Of a DNA stretch of 64,000 nucleotides, positions 39,210-49,439 are shown one piece after another. The stretch's first letter is position 1, and every line of letters starts with the position of its first letter. The translations under genes and the position numbers were made by a program. Source of the stretch: Dehalococcoidia bacterium (lineage in GTDB: Bacteria > Chloroflexota > Dehalococcoidia > GIF9 > AB-539-J10); contig JAUVZB010000007.1 in the NCBI GenBank assembly GCA_030602785.1, forward strand, positions 1,420 through 65,419, read 5' to 3'. The notes under the pieces are model-generated. The model worked only from the letters and a program-made list of their open reading frames with translations. It was not told where the DNA came from and made no database searches.

Positions 39210-40565
39210 GTGGACTACTCGAGCGTCGAGCGCTACCTGGACTCATTCGTCAACTACGAGGTGGTGCCCGGCTTCGGCTTCGCCTCGGCGGGCTACGACC
39301 TCGGCCACGTCAACGAACTGCTGCGCCGTCTGGGTGATCCTCACCGGGCGCCGTGCACGGTTCACGTTGCAGGGAGCAAGGGTAAGGGCAGCGTTGCGGC
39401 GATGGTTGCGAGCGCGTTGAGCGCGTGCGGCCACAGGACAGGACTCTACACTTCTCCTCACCTGCTCCACCTGGGCGAGCGCATCAGGGTGGACGGGGCT
39501 TGTGTCTCTCCAGGGGAACTCGATGCTGTATTGCAGGCCATCCGCCCGTACTTGGATGATGTTCTCGCGGAGCCGCGCGGGCGCCGTCTAACCTACTTCG
39601 AGATACTGACCATCCTCGCCTTCTGCCACTTTCGGGAAAGGAGGGTCGAGGTCCAGGTCCTCGAGGTGGGGTTGGGTGGCAGGCTGGACGCGACCAATGT
39701 AGTGACGCCGGACCTCTGTGTCATAACACCCATAAGCATCGAACACACGACAGTCCTGGGCGATACGGTTGAAAAGATAGCCCGGGAGAAGGCGGGAATC
39801 ATCAAGCCCGGTGCAATCGTGGTGAGTGCGCCCCAGTTACCGGAGGCTGGACGGGTGATTGAGGCCGTCTGTCGCGATAAGGACGTCCAGCTTGTGCGGG
39901 TCGGTGAGGATGTCTGCTGGAGTGTTGAGGACCAGGACCTCTCGGGACAGAGCGTCCGTGTGGAAGGCTCGTTTGGAGTGAGGAGTGTCCGGGTTTCTCT
40001 GGCCGGTTCCTTTCAGGCTGAGAACGTCGCCACAGCTGTAGCCGCGCTGCAGGCGCTCCGTGGACGGGATCTCTGCCTCGATGAAAAGTGCATGGCCAGT
40101 GGATTGGGTGATGTGGAGTGGCCCGGGAGGTTCCAGGTGCTGCGCGAACATCCTCTCCTGCTGCTGGATGGGGCGCACAACGCTGCCTCGATGCGGAGAC
40201 TGGCTGAGAGTCTCGACGCGCTCAGGGTGCGAGGGAGCACGGTGTTTGTTCTCGGGTTCTCCGGCGACAAGGATATCGAGGGAACCGCAGCGGAGCTGGT
40301 GAGGCTGGGGGGACGGTTCGTCGTGACCCGCTCAACGCAGGCGCGAGCGGCAGAGCCGCGTGATGTCGCTGCCCGCCTCGGTGGTCTCGGCATAAGCGTG
40401 GTGACAGAGATGGAACCGGGAAGGGCGCTCATCCGGGCGGGAGAGATGGTGGGCAGTGACGGAATGGTCTGCGTGACAGGGTCGCTGTATCTTGTAGCGG
40501 ACGTGCTGCGGCTGTGGCAGGAGGAAGGCATGTACATGTGCTGGAAGGGCGGCCCGCCGACGTAA
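39210..40565 (+). CDS. folC: Folylpolyglutamate/dihydrofolate synthase
   Basis: HVAGSKGKGS, YTSPHL, EVGLGGRLDATN, IAREKAGIIK, WPGRF, DGAHN, TGSLYL. Confidence 0.95.
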   Translation: MDYSSVERYLDSFVNYEVVPGFGFASAGYDLGHVNELLRRLGDPHRAPCTVHVAGSKGKGSVAAMVASALSACGHRTGLYTSPHLLHLGERIRVDGACVSPGELDAVLQAIRPYLDDVLAEPRGRRLTYFEILTILAFCHFRERRVEVQVLEVGLGGRLDATNVVTPDLCVITPISIEHTTVLGDTVEKIAREKAGIIKPGAIVVSAPQLPEAGRVIEAVCRDKDVQLVRVGEDVCWSVEDQDLSGQSVRVEGSFGVRSVRVSLAGSFQAENVATAVAALQALRGRDLCLDEKCMASGLGDVEWPGRFQVLREHPLLLLDGAHNAASMRRLAESLDALRVRGSTVFVLGFSGDKDIEGTAAELVRLGGRFVVTRSTQARAAEPRDVAARLGGLGISVVTEMEPGRALIRAGEMVGSDGMVCVTGSLYLVADVLRLWQEEGMYMCWKGGPPT

Positions 40566-40595
40566 GAACGGGCCGGCACGGTGCTGAGCCGCTGC

Positions 40596-40853
40596 CTACT
40601 CCTCGGGCAAGGATGCCAGAGCCTCTTTAGGAAGCTCCAGTTTGAACATCTCCTGCAGTGCCATTACATGGCTGCAGGTTTCCCACTGCCCGAAGAAAGA
40701 GCAGGTGCAACTCCACTTGCCGTCGGAGTAGCTGAGCTTATGTTCGGCGTTCTCGCCATGAAAATCGGCCGTGAGGCCACTCAACGTCACACGGCCCGGT
40801 TCTTTCGCATATCGTCTGGCCTTCTCAATCTTTCCGATCAGGCTTGACCTCAT
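40596..40853 (-). CDS. Small SWIM-type Zn-finger protein
   Basis: MRSSLIGKIEKARRYA...WSCTCSFF....CSH (CxC-xn-CxH); SD AAGGAGG. Confidence 0.8.
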   Translation of the reverse strand: MRSSLIGKIEKARRYAKEPGRVTLSGLTADFHGENAEHKLSYSDGKWSCTCSFFGQWETCSHVMALQEMFKLELPKEALASLPEE

Positions 40854-41024
40854 CCGCACGCCCTCCTTGCGAAATCAGTAGCACACAGAGGCGAAGCGCA
40901 GAGGTTGTGGGTGGGGTTAAGCAACGCCCTGTCTGCAATAAAAAGTATATCTCAGGGGGGGAGGAAACGCTAACCACCGCAGCGTTTGCCGGGGGAAATG
41001 CAACCAGGAAAAGGGGAGTAGAAG

Positions 41025-41189
41025 ATGAGAAAAGGGCTGTTCAGTGCCGACGTCGGTGTTCACGTCGATCCTGAGGGACTCGTCGAGGTCCGGGTGCGGA
41101 AGAAATGCCACGTTCTTCGTGGAGAGTGGCGGTGTATGCGACGAACATGCTGTTCAGCGGGACGCGCTGAAAGTTGGCGAGGCAGATAG
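41025..41189 (+). CDS. Possible small hypothetical protein (54 aa, Arg/Cys-rich)
   Basis: SD-like GGGGAG before ATG 41025; MRKGLFSADVGVHVDPEGLVEVRVRKKCHVLRGEWRCMRRTCCSAGRAESWRGR; no recognised family. Confidence 0.3.
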   Translation: MRKGLFSADVGVHVDPEGLVEVRVRKKCHVLRGEWRCMRRTCCSAGRAESWRGR

Positions 41190-41275
41190 CGCCGGACTGC
41201 GACAGCTTTTGCCCCCGCCGTCCCGCGTGCGATAGAATATGTCACCTGCGACTATCCCCACGGTGCTGGCTCCCT

Positions 41276-42634
41276 ATGAGAAATCGTCTTTCTGAAGCAC
41301 TGCGCAATCACAACGCGGACTACGTCGAGATCCGCTACGAAGAGCGGACCGTGTCCCGCATCAACTACCGCGGGCGGCAGCTCGATGAGGCAAGCCTCAC
41401 GAGTGACACCGGCGGCTGCGTCCGCGCGCTTGTGGACGGCGGCTGGGGATTCGCGAGCTTCAACGACACCGATGCCCTGCGCGAGAGCGTTGCCCGCGCA
41501 GTCGAGGACGCGCGTCACGCGAGTGGCGAGGCTCTCGTGCTGCCGGAGCGGCAGCCATGCGAGGCCAGTGTGGCCTGTCTGCCTGCACGAAGCGTGGCAG
41601 CCGTGCCCCTTGAAGAGAAGAAGGGGCTTCTCGACGAGTACAACGATATCATTATGTCCAGCCCGAGGATTCAGAGCTCGCAGGTCTCCTACGCCGATGC
41701 CGAGCGCACCGTGCGCTATGCTGCCTCGGATGGCAGCTACATCGAGCAGAGGGTCCCCGACCTCTCGCTCCGCCTCACCGCGATTGCCCGTGACGGTGAC
41801 GAGGTGCAGCAGGCCGGAGTGAGCCTGGGAAGCGTCGGGGAGTTCGCCGCCATCGTGGCGCTCCACGACAAGGCGCGGGACGTGGCGAGGCGCGCGGCCG
41901 CGCTTCTCGACGCACCGAACGTGAAAGGCGGCGAGTACACGGTCGTTCTAGACCCCGTCCTTGCGGGAGTATTCACGCACGAGGCGTTCGGGCACCTGTC
42001 TGAGGCGGACCTCGTCTATCAGAACCCGCAGCTCAGGAGGCTGATGGCGCTGGGCCGGAAGTTCGGGGCGTCGCATCTCAATATCGTTGACGACGCGACG
42101 CTGCCGTCGCTACGGGGTAGCTATGCCTACGACGACGAGGGAAGCCCGGGCCAGCGGACAGACCTGATACGCGAGGGAGTGCTGGTCGGCCGCCTGCATT
42201 CACGGGAGACGGCGGTGCGGATGAGCGAGACTCCCTCCGGCAACGCTCGCGCCATCAGCTACCGGCACAGCCCCATTGTCCGCATGAGCAACACCTATAT
42301 CGAGCCCGGCGACGTGTCGTTGAACGACATGCTCGCCGACATCGAAGAGGGGGTGTATGTGAAGGACTGGTACGGCGGGCAGACGAGCCTCGAGATGTTC
42401 ACGTTCTCGGCGGGCGAGGCCTACATGATACGCAACGGCAAACTGGCCGAGCTGCTCCGTCCGGTCGTGCTGACCGGCAACGTGTTCACGACGCTCGATC
42501 GCATCGATGCTATCGGAAACGATCTGGAGATGAACCAGGGTGGTGGTTGCGGCAAGGGCGGGCAGTCGCCCCTGCCGGTATCGAATGGCAGCCCCCACAT
42601 TCGCATCAGCCGCTGTATCGTAGGGGGCCGGTGA
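41276..42634 (+). CDS. tldD: TldD metalloprotease
   Basis: HEAFGHLSEAD (HExxxH), YDDEG, RMSNTY, GGCGKGGQ. Confidence 0.93.
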   Translation: MRNRLSEALRNHNADYVEIRYEERTVSRINYRGRQLDEASLTSDTGGCVRALVDGGWGFASFNDTDALRESVARAVEDARHASGEALVLPERQPCEASVACLPARSVAAVPLEEKKGLLDEYNDIIMSSPRIQSSQVSYADAERTVRYAASDGSYIEQRVPDLSLRLTAIARDGDEVQQAGVSLGSVGEFAAIVALHDKARDVARRAAALLDAPNVKGGEYTVVLDPVLAGVFTHEAFGHLSEADLVYQNPQLRRLMALGRKFGASHLNIVDDATLPSLRGSYAYDDEGSPGQRTDLIREGVLVGRLHSRETAVRMSETPSGNARAISYRHSPIVRMSNTYIEPGDVSLNDMLADIEEGVYVKDWYGGQTSLEMFTFSAGEAYMIRNGKLAELLRPVVLTGNVFTTLDRIDAIGNDLEMNQGGGCGKGGQSPLPVSNGSPHIRISRCIVGGR

Positions 42635-43950
42635 TGGAGAAGCTGCTCGAGCTGGCCCTGCGTGAGTCACAGCAGGCGGAGGTCTTCGAGGTCCGTTCGG
42701 AGAGCAGGCTTGTCCATTTCGAAGCCAACCGGCTGAAGCAGGTCGAGACGAGGCAGAGCAGCAGCGTCGCGCTGAGACTCGTCCGGGACGGCAGGATAGG
42801 CTTCTCGTCCGCGAGTGGAGCCTTCAGTCCGGAGAAGCTGGTCGCGATGGCCGTCGAGACATCGTCCTTCGGCGCGCCGGCACGGCTCGCGTTTCCGGGT
42901 GCCCGGGAATTGCCGGCCATCCGCATATTTGACGAGAGAGTGGCCGCCCTCGAGGCCGGGCCGATGATTGAGATGGGCGCCGGGGTTATCGAGCGCGTCG
43001 CCGGCCGCTACGGCGACATACAGTGCGAGGGACTGGTGTCCAGGCATGTAGGCAGCGTGCGTATCATCAACAGCAACGGGCTGGATAGCTCGTTCCAGCA
43101 AACGGGACTTGCGTTGTCCATGGAAGGTATGCGCGTCGAGGACACGGATATGCTGTTCGTCGGCGATGCCGTCAGCTCCAGTGACCTGTTCCTCGCCGCG
43201 GATGTTGTCGCCGGGACGATGCTCCGGCAGATTGAACTTGCGTCCAGTCCTGCCTCTATCGGTTCGGGCAACTACCCTGTGTTGTTCACGCCACTTGGCG
43301 TCGGCGCCGCACTGCTGGGGCCGCTGGCGGTGGCGTTCAACGGCAAGAACGTCGTCGAGAAAGCGTCGCGGCTTGCGAATCGGCAGGGAGAGCAGGTATT
43401 TGATGCCGGGCTCTCAGTGTGGGATGATGCGACCCTTGATGGCAGACCGTCAAGCACTCCATTTGATGATGAGGGAACACCCCGCCGTCGAATCCGGCTC
43501 ATCGAGAGCGGCGTTGTGCGCGAGTTCATCTACGACCTCCAGACTGCGGCCGAGGTAGGTGCGGAGAGCACAGGCAGCGGACAGCGGGCGAATGCCCGCA
43601 GCCAGGTGAGGCCGGGGATGAGCGCGTTCGTGCTGGACGAGGGGCAAGTCACGTTCGAAGAGATGCTTGCGGGAATGGATGAGGGACTTGTCGTGGAGGA
43701 ACTGATCGGCGCGAACCAGGGCAACCTGCTTGCGGGGGACTTCGGAGGCAACGTTCTGCTTGGCTACAAGGTCGAGAAGGGCGAGATAGTTGGTAGAGTC
43801 AAGGACACGATGGTTGCCGGCAACATCATGGATGTTCTGCGCCACGTGGCGGCAGTCGGCAGTGACCGGCGCTGGGTTGGTGGCAGCCTGCGGACGCCCT
43901 CGCTGCTGTGTGACGATGTCTCTGTGTCCGCGAGAGGAGGTGCGGCATGA
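42634..43950 (+). CDS. pmbA: PmbA/TldE protein
   Basis: PFDDEG, GDF, GEIVGRVKDTMVAGN; no HExxxH; TGATG coupling to tldD. Confidence 0.88.
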   Translation: MEKLLELALRESQQAEVFEVRSESRLVHFEANRLKQVETRQSSSVALRLVRDGRIGFSSASGAFSPEKLVAMAVETSSFGAPARLAFPGARELPAIRIFDERVAALEAGPMIEMGAGVIERVAGRYGDIQCEGLVSRHVGSVRIINSNGLDSSFQQTGLALSMEGMRVEDTDMLFVGDAVSSSDLFLAADVVAGTMLRQIELASSPASIGSGNYPVLFTPLGVGAALLGPLAVAFNGKNVVEKASRLANRQGEQVFDAGLSVWDDATLDGRPSSTPFDDEGTPRRRIRLIESGVVREFIYDLQTAAEVGAESTGSGQRANARSQVRPGMSAFVLDEGQVTFEEMLAGMDEGLVVEELIGANQGNLLAGDFGGNVLLGYKVEKGEIVGRVKDTMVAGNIMDVLRHVAAVGSDRRWVGGSLRTPSLLCDDVSVSARGGAA

Positions 43951-44798
43951 CCGGGCGCAAAGCTGAGAAGAACCCGACCATTACCCTGACGGAGCAACCG
44001 CAGGCCGAGAAACTCGTGATGCTCGCGTCCTGGCCGGGCATCGGCAACGTCTCGCCTATCCTGGCGCATTATCTGAAGGAAAAGCTGAGGGCGCACGAAA
44101 TAGGAGAGATAGACCCGGTCTACTTCTTCGAGCCCGTCGGCGTGATGGTCAAGGACAACGTTGTTGAGCGGCCGCGCTTCCCCGAGAGCAAGTTCTACTA
44201 CTGGGAGGATGCCGATGCGAAGACCGGGCTCGTGCTCTTCATCGGCGAGGAACAGCCTCGATCAAAGGGCTATGAGATGGTTGAGGCGGTCCTTGACGCC
44301 GCCGAGCAGCTTGGCGTGAGCAGGATATTCAGCTGCGCCGCTGCGGTTACGAAGATACACTACACCGAGGAGACGAAGGTCTGGGGCGTAGCGACGAGGC
44401 AGGAATTGCTCGATGAGTTCAGCAGACACAGCGTTGTATTGCGAGGCACGCTCCGTATTGCGGGGCTTAATGGACTGGTGCTTGGCAGGGCTAAAGAGAG
44501 AGGAATCGATGGGCTCTGTCTGCTGGGAGAGGTTCCCGGCTTCGCGACGCAGATGGCGCATCCCAAGGCGGCGCTCGCCGTCCTGAGCATCTTCGCCGAG
44601 ATGCTCGACATGGAGGTTGACACGGACGAGCTGGAGGCGATGGCGAAGCAGTCAGAGGCGGAGATGGATGTCATATCCAAGCAGGCGACTGCGGCGTATA
44701 TCGACCAGTTCACCGAGCCTATCTGGGAGCAGGAGGAAGGGAGCGGGGAGGAAGAAGAGAGCGACGAGGATGACGAGGGTGACTTTGGTCGCAATTGA
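43947..44798 (+). CDS. PAC2 (proteasome assembly chaperone-like) family protein
   Basis: WPGIGNV, IGEEQP, IAGLNGLVLG, GLCLLGEVP, PKAA, acidic tail. Confidence 0.82.
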   Translation: MTGRKAEKNPTITLTEQPQAEKLVMLASWPGIGNVSPILAHYLKEKLRAHEIGEIDPVYFFEPVGVMVKDNVVERPRFPESKFYYWEDADAKTGLVLFIGEEQPRSKGYEMVEAVLDAAEQLGVSRIFSCAAAVTKIHYTEETKVWGVATRQELLDEFSRHSVVLRGTLRIAGLNGLVLGRAKERGIDGLCLLGEVPGFATQMAHPKAALAVLSIFAEMLDMEVDTDELEAMAKQSEAEMDVISKQATAAYIDQFTEPIWEQEEGSGEEEESDEDDEGDFGRN

Positions 44799-44832
44799 CC
44801 ACCCGTAGCCATGATGCTAGTATCAGTTCTGG

Positions 44833-45432
44833 ATGTCGGCTCTCACTGAGCTCTGTCGCCAGATGGCGAGCTGTCAGGCGTGTGACTTGGCGCAACTGCG
44901 TACCAGGGTTGTGCCTGGCGAAGGAGCAGAGGACGCTGACATTCTCTTCATCGGCGAAGCGCCCGGGTTCAATGAGGACAGGGAAGGGAGGCCGTTCGTC
45001 GGCGCAGCCGGAGCTTTCCTCGACGAGTTGCTATCATCCATCGGTCTCTCCCGCAAGGACGTATACATCGCGAATGTCATCAAGTGCCGGCCTCAGGGGA
45101 ACCGCGACCCGCTTCCCGCCGAGATCAAGGCGTGCAAGCCGTGGCTCGACCGGCAGATTGAATTGATACAGCCGAAAATAGTAGTGACGCTGGGCCGCTA
45201 CTCGCTGGCCCGCTACATAGCCACCGAAAGCATCGGCAAAGTGCACGGCAAGCCTCGCAAGATTGGCGATGTGCTGTGTTTCCCGATGTACCATCCTGCG
45301 GCGGCCCTCCACCAGGGCAGCCTGCGAAAGGTGATTGAAGAAGATATGCGCCGGCTCCCACAATTGCTCAGAGACATCGGCAGTTTCACTGATGTGACCG
45401 AGGAGAGTGGCCGGCAGCTGGATCTCTTTTAG
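44833..45432 (+). CDS. udg: Uracil-DNA glycosylase, family 4 (Fe-S)
   Basis: CxxC, GEAPGFNED, PFVG, KCRP..NRDP, YHPAAAL. Confidence 0.93.
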   Translation: MSALTELCRQMASCQACDLAQLRTRVVPGEGAEDADILFIGEAPGFNEDREGRPFVGAAGAFLDELLSSIGLSRKDVYIANVIKCRPQGNRDPLPAEIKACKPWLDRQIELIQPKIVVTLGRYSLARYIATESIGKVHGKPRKIGDVLCFPMYHPAAALHQGSLRKVIEEDMRRLPQLLRDIGSFTDVTEESGRQLDLF

Positions 45433-45440
45433 GTAGAGCC

Positions 45441-47186
45441 ATGCCAGAAAAATACTCGCTTCAGAGCTCCCCACAGACAACACAGCCGTCACGTTCATCT
45501 TCGCGCCGCCGCCGATCAAGAAAGAAATCCAGCCCGCCGAGTCTGCGGCTCATCCCTCTGGGGGGACTGGGGCAGATCGGCAAGAACATGATGCTGCTGG
45601 AGTGCGGAGACGACATCGTTGTCATCGACTCCGGGCTCATGTTCCCGAGTGAGGAGATGCTCGGCGTCGATATCATCATTCCGGACACGAGCTATCTGCT
45701 CAAGAACAGGGACAGGGTTCGCGGCCTCGTCATCACGCATGGTCATGAGGACCACATCGGCGCAGTCCCGCATCTGCTGCAGTCCCTGAATGTGCCCGTG
45801 TACGCGACAAAGCTGAGCGCCAGGCTCATCAGCATGGGGCTGAAGCAGAAGGGTGTCAAGGTCAAGGCGCAGATCAACGAGGTGGCTCCGGGCGATGTAA
45901 TACGGCTCGGTTGCATGTCCGTGGAGATGTTCCCCGTGTGTCACAGCATACCTGACGCTGCGGGGCTCGTTATCCAGACGCCACTCGGGACCATCGTTCA
46001 TACAGGGGACTTCAAGCTGGACCACAACCCCGTCATTGGGGAGCCGACTGACCTGCACCGCCTCGCGATCATCGGCACTCAGCAGGTGTTGTTGCTCCTT
46101 TCCGACTCGACGTACGCCGAATTGCCCGGTTACACGCCGTCCGAGCAGACCGTGACGGAAAGCCTGGACCGTATCATAGCCGGAGCGCAGGGCAGGGTCA
46201 TTATCGCAACCTTCTCCTCCCTGGTGGCGCGGATACAGCAGGCGATGGACATCGCCGCCAAGTACAAGCGCCACGTCTTCGTCACCGGTCGCTCGATGGA
46301 GGGAATGGTCAAGGTTGCCTCGGAAGCGGGATACCTGAGAATCCCTGCAAGCACACTGAGCAAGTACGAACAGGTACACAACCTTCCGCCTGACAGAGTC
46401 GTTATCCTTACGACAGGCACACAGGGGGAGCCCACGTCGGCGCTCGTGCGCATGGGCAATGGAGAGCACTCCCAGGTGCGGATTATGCCCGGCGACACTG
46501 TAGTGATGTCGGCGACTCCCATTCCCGGAAACGAGGCGCTGGTGAGCAGGACCATCAACAAGCTCTTCAGGCTCGGGGCGGATGTCGTCTACGGGCCCCA
46601 GTCGCGGGTTCACGTCCACGGGCACGGCAGTGAAGAGGAGCTGAAGACGATTCTCAATCTCGTAAGGCCGAAGTACTTCATGCCCGTACATGGCGAGTAC
46701 CGGCATCTGGCCAGGCATGCGAAACTTGCCGAGGACATGGGTATCGCGGGTGACAATATCTTCATACTGGACAACGGGGACGTGCTCGAGATTGGCGTGA
46801 ATGGAGCGAAGGTTGCGGGCAAGGTTCCCGCAGGGGATATCATGGCCAACGGACTCATCACGGCAGAGCTGGACAGCGGTATGCTACGTGACCGCAGGCT
46901 GCTCTCCCGCGACGGTGTGGTAGTGGTGACCGTTGTACTTTCGCGCGGGACAGGCCAGCCTGTCGGCGAGCCACAGATAGTAGGCAAGGGCTTCGTAGAC
47001 GCGGGGCAGAGCAGCGAGATGTGGAGTGGAGGCCAGAAGGCCGTGGCGAGTGCCATCGCGCACAGCCAGGGAACTGGAAAGGGGCGCGGTGCCATGGAGG
47101 CCAGCGTGAGAGAGGCCCTGGCCAGGTACTTCTACGAGAAGACGCATAGAAGGCCCGTTATTGTCCCCATCGTCACGGAAGTGTAA
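45441..47186 (+). CDS. rnj: Ribonuclease J
   Basis: PLGGLGQIGKN, THGHEDHIG, HSIPD, HTGDFK, DST, GTQGEP, PVHGEYRH. Confidence 0.95.
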   Translation: MPEKYSLQSSPQTTQPSRSSSRRRRSRKKSSPPSLRLIPLGGLGQIGKNMMLLECGDDIVVIDSGLMFPSEEMLGVDIIIPDTSYLLKNRDRVRGLVITHGHEDHIGAVPHLLQSLNVPVYATKLSARLISMGLKQKGVKVKAQINEVAPGDVIRLGCMSVEMFPVCHSIPDAAGLVIQTPLGTIVHTGDFKLDHNPVIGEPTDLHRLAIIGTQQVLLLLSDSTYAELPGYTPSEQTVTESLDRIIAGAQGRVIIATFSSLVARIQQAMDIAAKYKRHVFVTGRSMEGMVKVASEAGYLRIPASTLSKYEQVHNLPPDRVVILTTGTQGEPTSALVRMGNGEHSQVRIMPGDTVVMSATPIPGNEALVSRTINKLFRLGADVVYGPQSRVHVHGHGSEEELKTILNLVRPKYFMPVHGEYRHLARHAKLAEDMGIAGDNIFILDNGDVLEIGVNGAKVAGKVPAGDIMANGLITAELDSGMLRDRRLLSRDGVVVVTVVLSRGTGQPVGEPQIVGKGFVDAGQSSEMWSGGQKAVASAIAHSQGTGKGRGAMEASVREALARYFYEKTHRRPVIVPIVTEV

Positions 47187-47192
47187 GCAGAT

Positions 47193-49439
47193 ATGGCGAG
47201 CAGAGCGCGCAAGAGTGTTGTGAAGTCGAGGCAACGGAAATCTGCGTCGCGCGGGCGGAGTGAGACAGGACCGCCGCGCCGCGGGGTGCCACTCAAGGTA
47301 GTGGGCCGGCTGCTGCTTGTCATCGCTGTCGGCGCGGCGGCAGTCATGTTCGGCCCGCTGCTCGCCTCCGTCGGGGCGGGTCTCTGGCAGCAACTCCTGT
47401 CGCTCTTCGGTCTGGGGCTCATACTGCTTGCTGTAGCCATAGGCATTCTGATCTGGCTTATCTGGAGCGGGTTCGGCCCGCTCGCGCAGCGCTGGAATGT
47501 GTTTCTCGGCGCAGCCCTCGCAGGTATCGCCCTCTGGGGTTTTCTCGGACTCTTGAGACCGGCTGGAGGCATCTTCTGGACGGTAACGCTCGGCGGCCAG
47601 GTTGGCCAGGCGATAGCGGGTCCGCCCGGCGTGTGGGGGGCCGTGCGCCTGTCCGCACTGTTTGTCTTGGGTCTGATTCTTGTGGCGCCGCAGCCGCTTG
47701 TTCGCACAATGCGCTGGCTCTTTCGTCCGCGACCACGGCCGGTGCGGCCTTCCCCCGTAGTCAGCTATGACAGGCTGGTGACACGGGAGCCGGCGAGCCG
47801 GTCGGTCCTGCCCGTGGACGAGCCCGTGCGGACAGAGGCGAAGGCTGCGGCAAGGTCCGATGAGATGTCGAGGGCTTCGGCGGGTGTGCCCACGCTGGCG
47901 CCCGAGAAGCGGGCATTCCGTATCGGCAGGAAGGAGGCCGAGCCGCCTCCGGCTCCGGCCGTCGAACCGATGCGCGAGCCGGTCATGACCGTCGGAGGCT
48001 GGCGGATTCCACCGGTTGATGTACTCGAGAAGCCGAAGGAAGCGGTGCTGAACCAGGAGGAGATCGACAAGCGCGCACGGCATATCGAGGAAGCTCTGGA
48101 GAGCTACGGTGTTGAGGGAAAGGTCGTGCAGATAAACACCGGCCCGACCGTGACACAGTTTGGTATCGAGCCGGGCTGGCTCCGCAAGTACAGGAAGGTT
48201 GTTGACAATGGTCAAGAGCGACAGGAAGAGGTGTCCAGGACCAGGATCCGAGTCGACCGCATAACGGCGCTGGGCAACGACCTGGCGCTTGCACTGGCTG
48301 CCCCCAGCATACGCATCGAGGCTCCCATTCCAGGCAAATCCATGGTTGGAATCGAGGTGCCGAACTCGGCGTTCGGTTCGGTGGCGCTACGAAGCGTCAT
48401 AGAGAGCCCGTCGTTCCAGAAGGTGCAAGCGAGATCGAAGCTGGGGGTGGCTCTCGGCAAGGGCGCCGGAGGAGAATCCGTCGCCGGCGACCTCACGAAG
48501 ATGCCACACCTGCTCATCGCAGGGGCGACGGGAAGCGGCAAGACGGTCTGTCTCGACTCCATCATCTGCTGCCTCCTGATGCACAACAGCCCGGACGACC
48601 TGCGCTTCCTGCTCGTAGACCCGAAGCGAGTGGAGCTGGTCGCCTTCGGAGAGGTGCCGCACTTGGCGGCGCCGGTTGTCGTCGACTCGGACAAGGCTGT
48701 CAAAGTGTTGCGCTGGTTGGGTGTCGAGATGGACCGACGCTACCGCGAGTTCGCGAAGGCGAAGGCGCGCAATATCGAGGCGTACAACAAAGACCGTCTC
48801 CCCGGCGAGGCGCTGCCGTACCTCGTCCTTGTTGTGGATGAGCTGGCCGACCTGATGATGACGGCATTTGACGAGGTGGAACACGCGCTCTGCCGTCTCG
48901 CACAGCTCGCGCGTGCAACCGGAATACACCTCATAGTGGCGACGCAGAGACCGTCTGTCGACGTTGTCACAGGACTCATCAAGGCCAATTTCCCTACGCG
49001 TATCAGCTTCGCGGTCACGTCGCAGGTCGACTCGCGCACAATCCTTGACACGGTGGGTGCGGAGAAGCTGCTGGGACGCGGCGACATGCTCTATCTGCCC
49101 AGCGAAGCCAGCCGGCCGAAGCGTCTCCAGGGCACCTTTGTGGGTGATGCCGAGATAGAAAAGCTCGTGGAGTTCTGGGTCGGACAGCGTCGTCCCGAGA
49201 AGCCTATCGTCGACCTCGACGAAGTCGCAGAGGGGCCGGGGCGGAGGATTCCAGTCGAAGACCCCATGCTGGAAGAGGCGCGCAAGCTTGCTGCGGAACA
49301 CGCGCAGATATCTGCCTCGTTCCTGCAACGGCGGCTTCGCATCGGCTATCCGCGGGCGGCAAGGATAATGGAGGAACTCGAGAGCGAACTCGAGAGAGAA
49401 GAAGCGGAGCAGGAAGAGCGACCTGCGCCGTGGAGCTAG
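47193..49439 (+). CDS. ftsK: DNA translocase FtsK/SpoIIIE
   Basis: N-terminal TM helices; PHLLIAGATGSGKT, DPKRVEL, VDELADLM, ATQRPS; gamma domain LQRRLRIGYPRAAR. Confidence 0.95.
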   Translation: MASRARKSVVKSRQRKSASRGRSETGPPRRGVPLKVVGRLLLVIAVGAAAVMFGPLLASVGAGLWQQLLSLFGLGLILLAVAIGILIWLIWSGFGPLAQRWNVFLGAALAGIALWGFLGLLRPAGGIFWTVTLGGQVGQAIAGPPGVWGAVRLSALFVLGLILVAPQPLVRTMRWLFRPRPRPVRPSPVVSYDRLVTREPASRSVLPVDEPVRTEAKAAARSDEMSRASAGVPTLAPEKRAFRIGRKEAEPPPAPAVEPMREPVMTVGGWRIPPVDVLEKPKEAVLNQEEIDKRARHIEEALESYGVEGKVVQINTGPTVTQFGIEPGWLRKYRKVVDNGQERQEEVSRTRIRVDRITALGNDLALALAAPSIRIEAPIPGKSMVGIEVPNSAFGSVALRSVIESPSFQKVQARSKLGVALGKGAGGESVAGDLTKMPHLLIAGATGSGKTVCLDSIICCLLMHNSPDDLRFLLVDPKRVELVAFGEVPHLAAPVVVDSDKAVKVLRWLGVEMDRRYREFAKAKARNIEAYNKDRLPGEALPYLVLVVDELADLMMTAFDEVEHALCRLAQLARATGIHLIVATQRPSVDVVTGLIKANFPTRISFAVTSQVDSRTILDTVGAEKLLGRGDMLYLPSEASRPKRLQGTFVGDAEIEKLVEFWVGQRRPEKPIVDLDEVAEGPGRRIPVEDPMLEEARKLAAEHAQISASFLQRRLRIGYPRAARIMEELESELEREEAEQEERPAPWS

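Noticed and set aside
44730-44790. GAG/GAA-rich low-complexity stretch
   Set aside because: It encodes the acidic tail of the PAC2 protein and is not a DNA repeat element.
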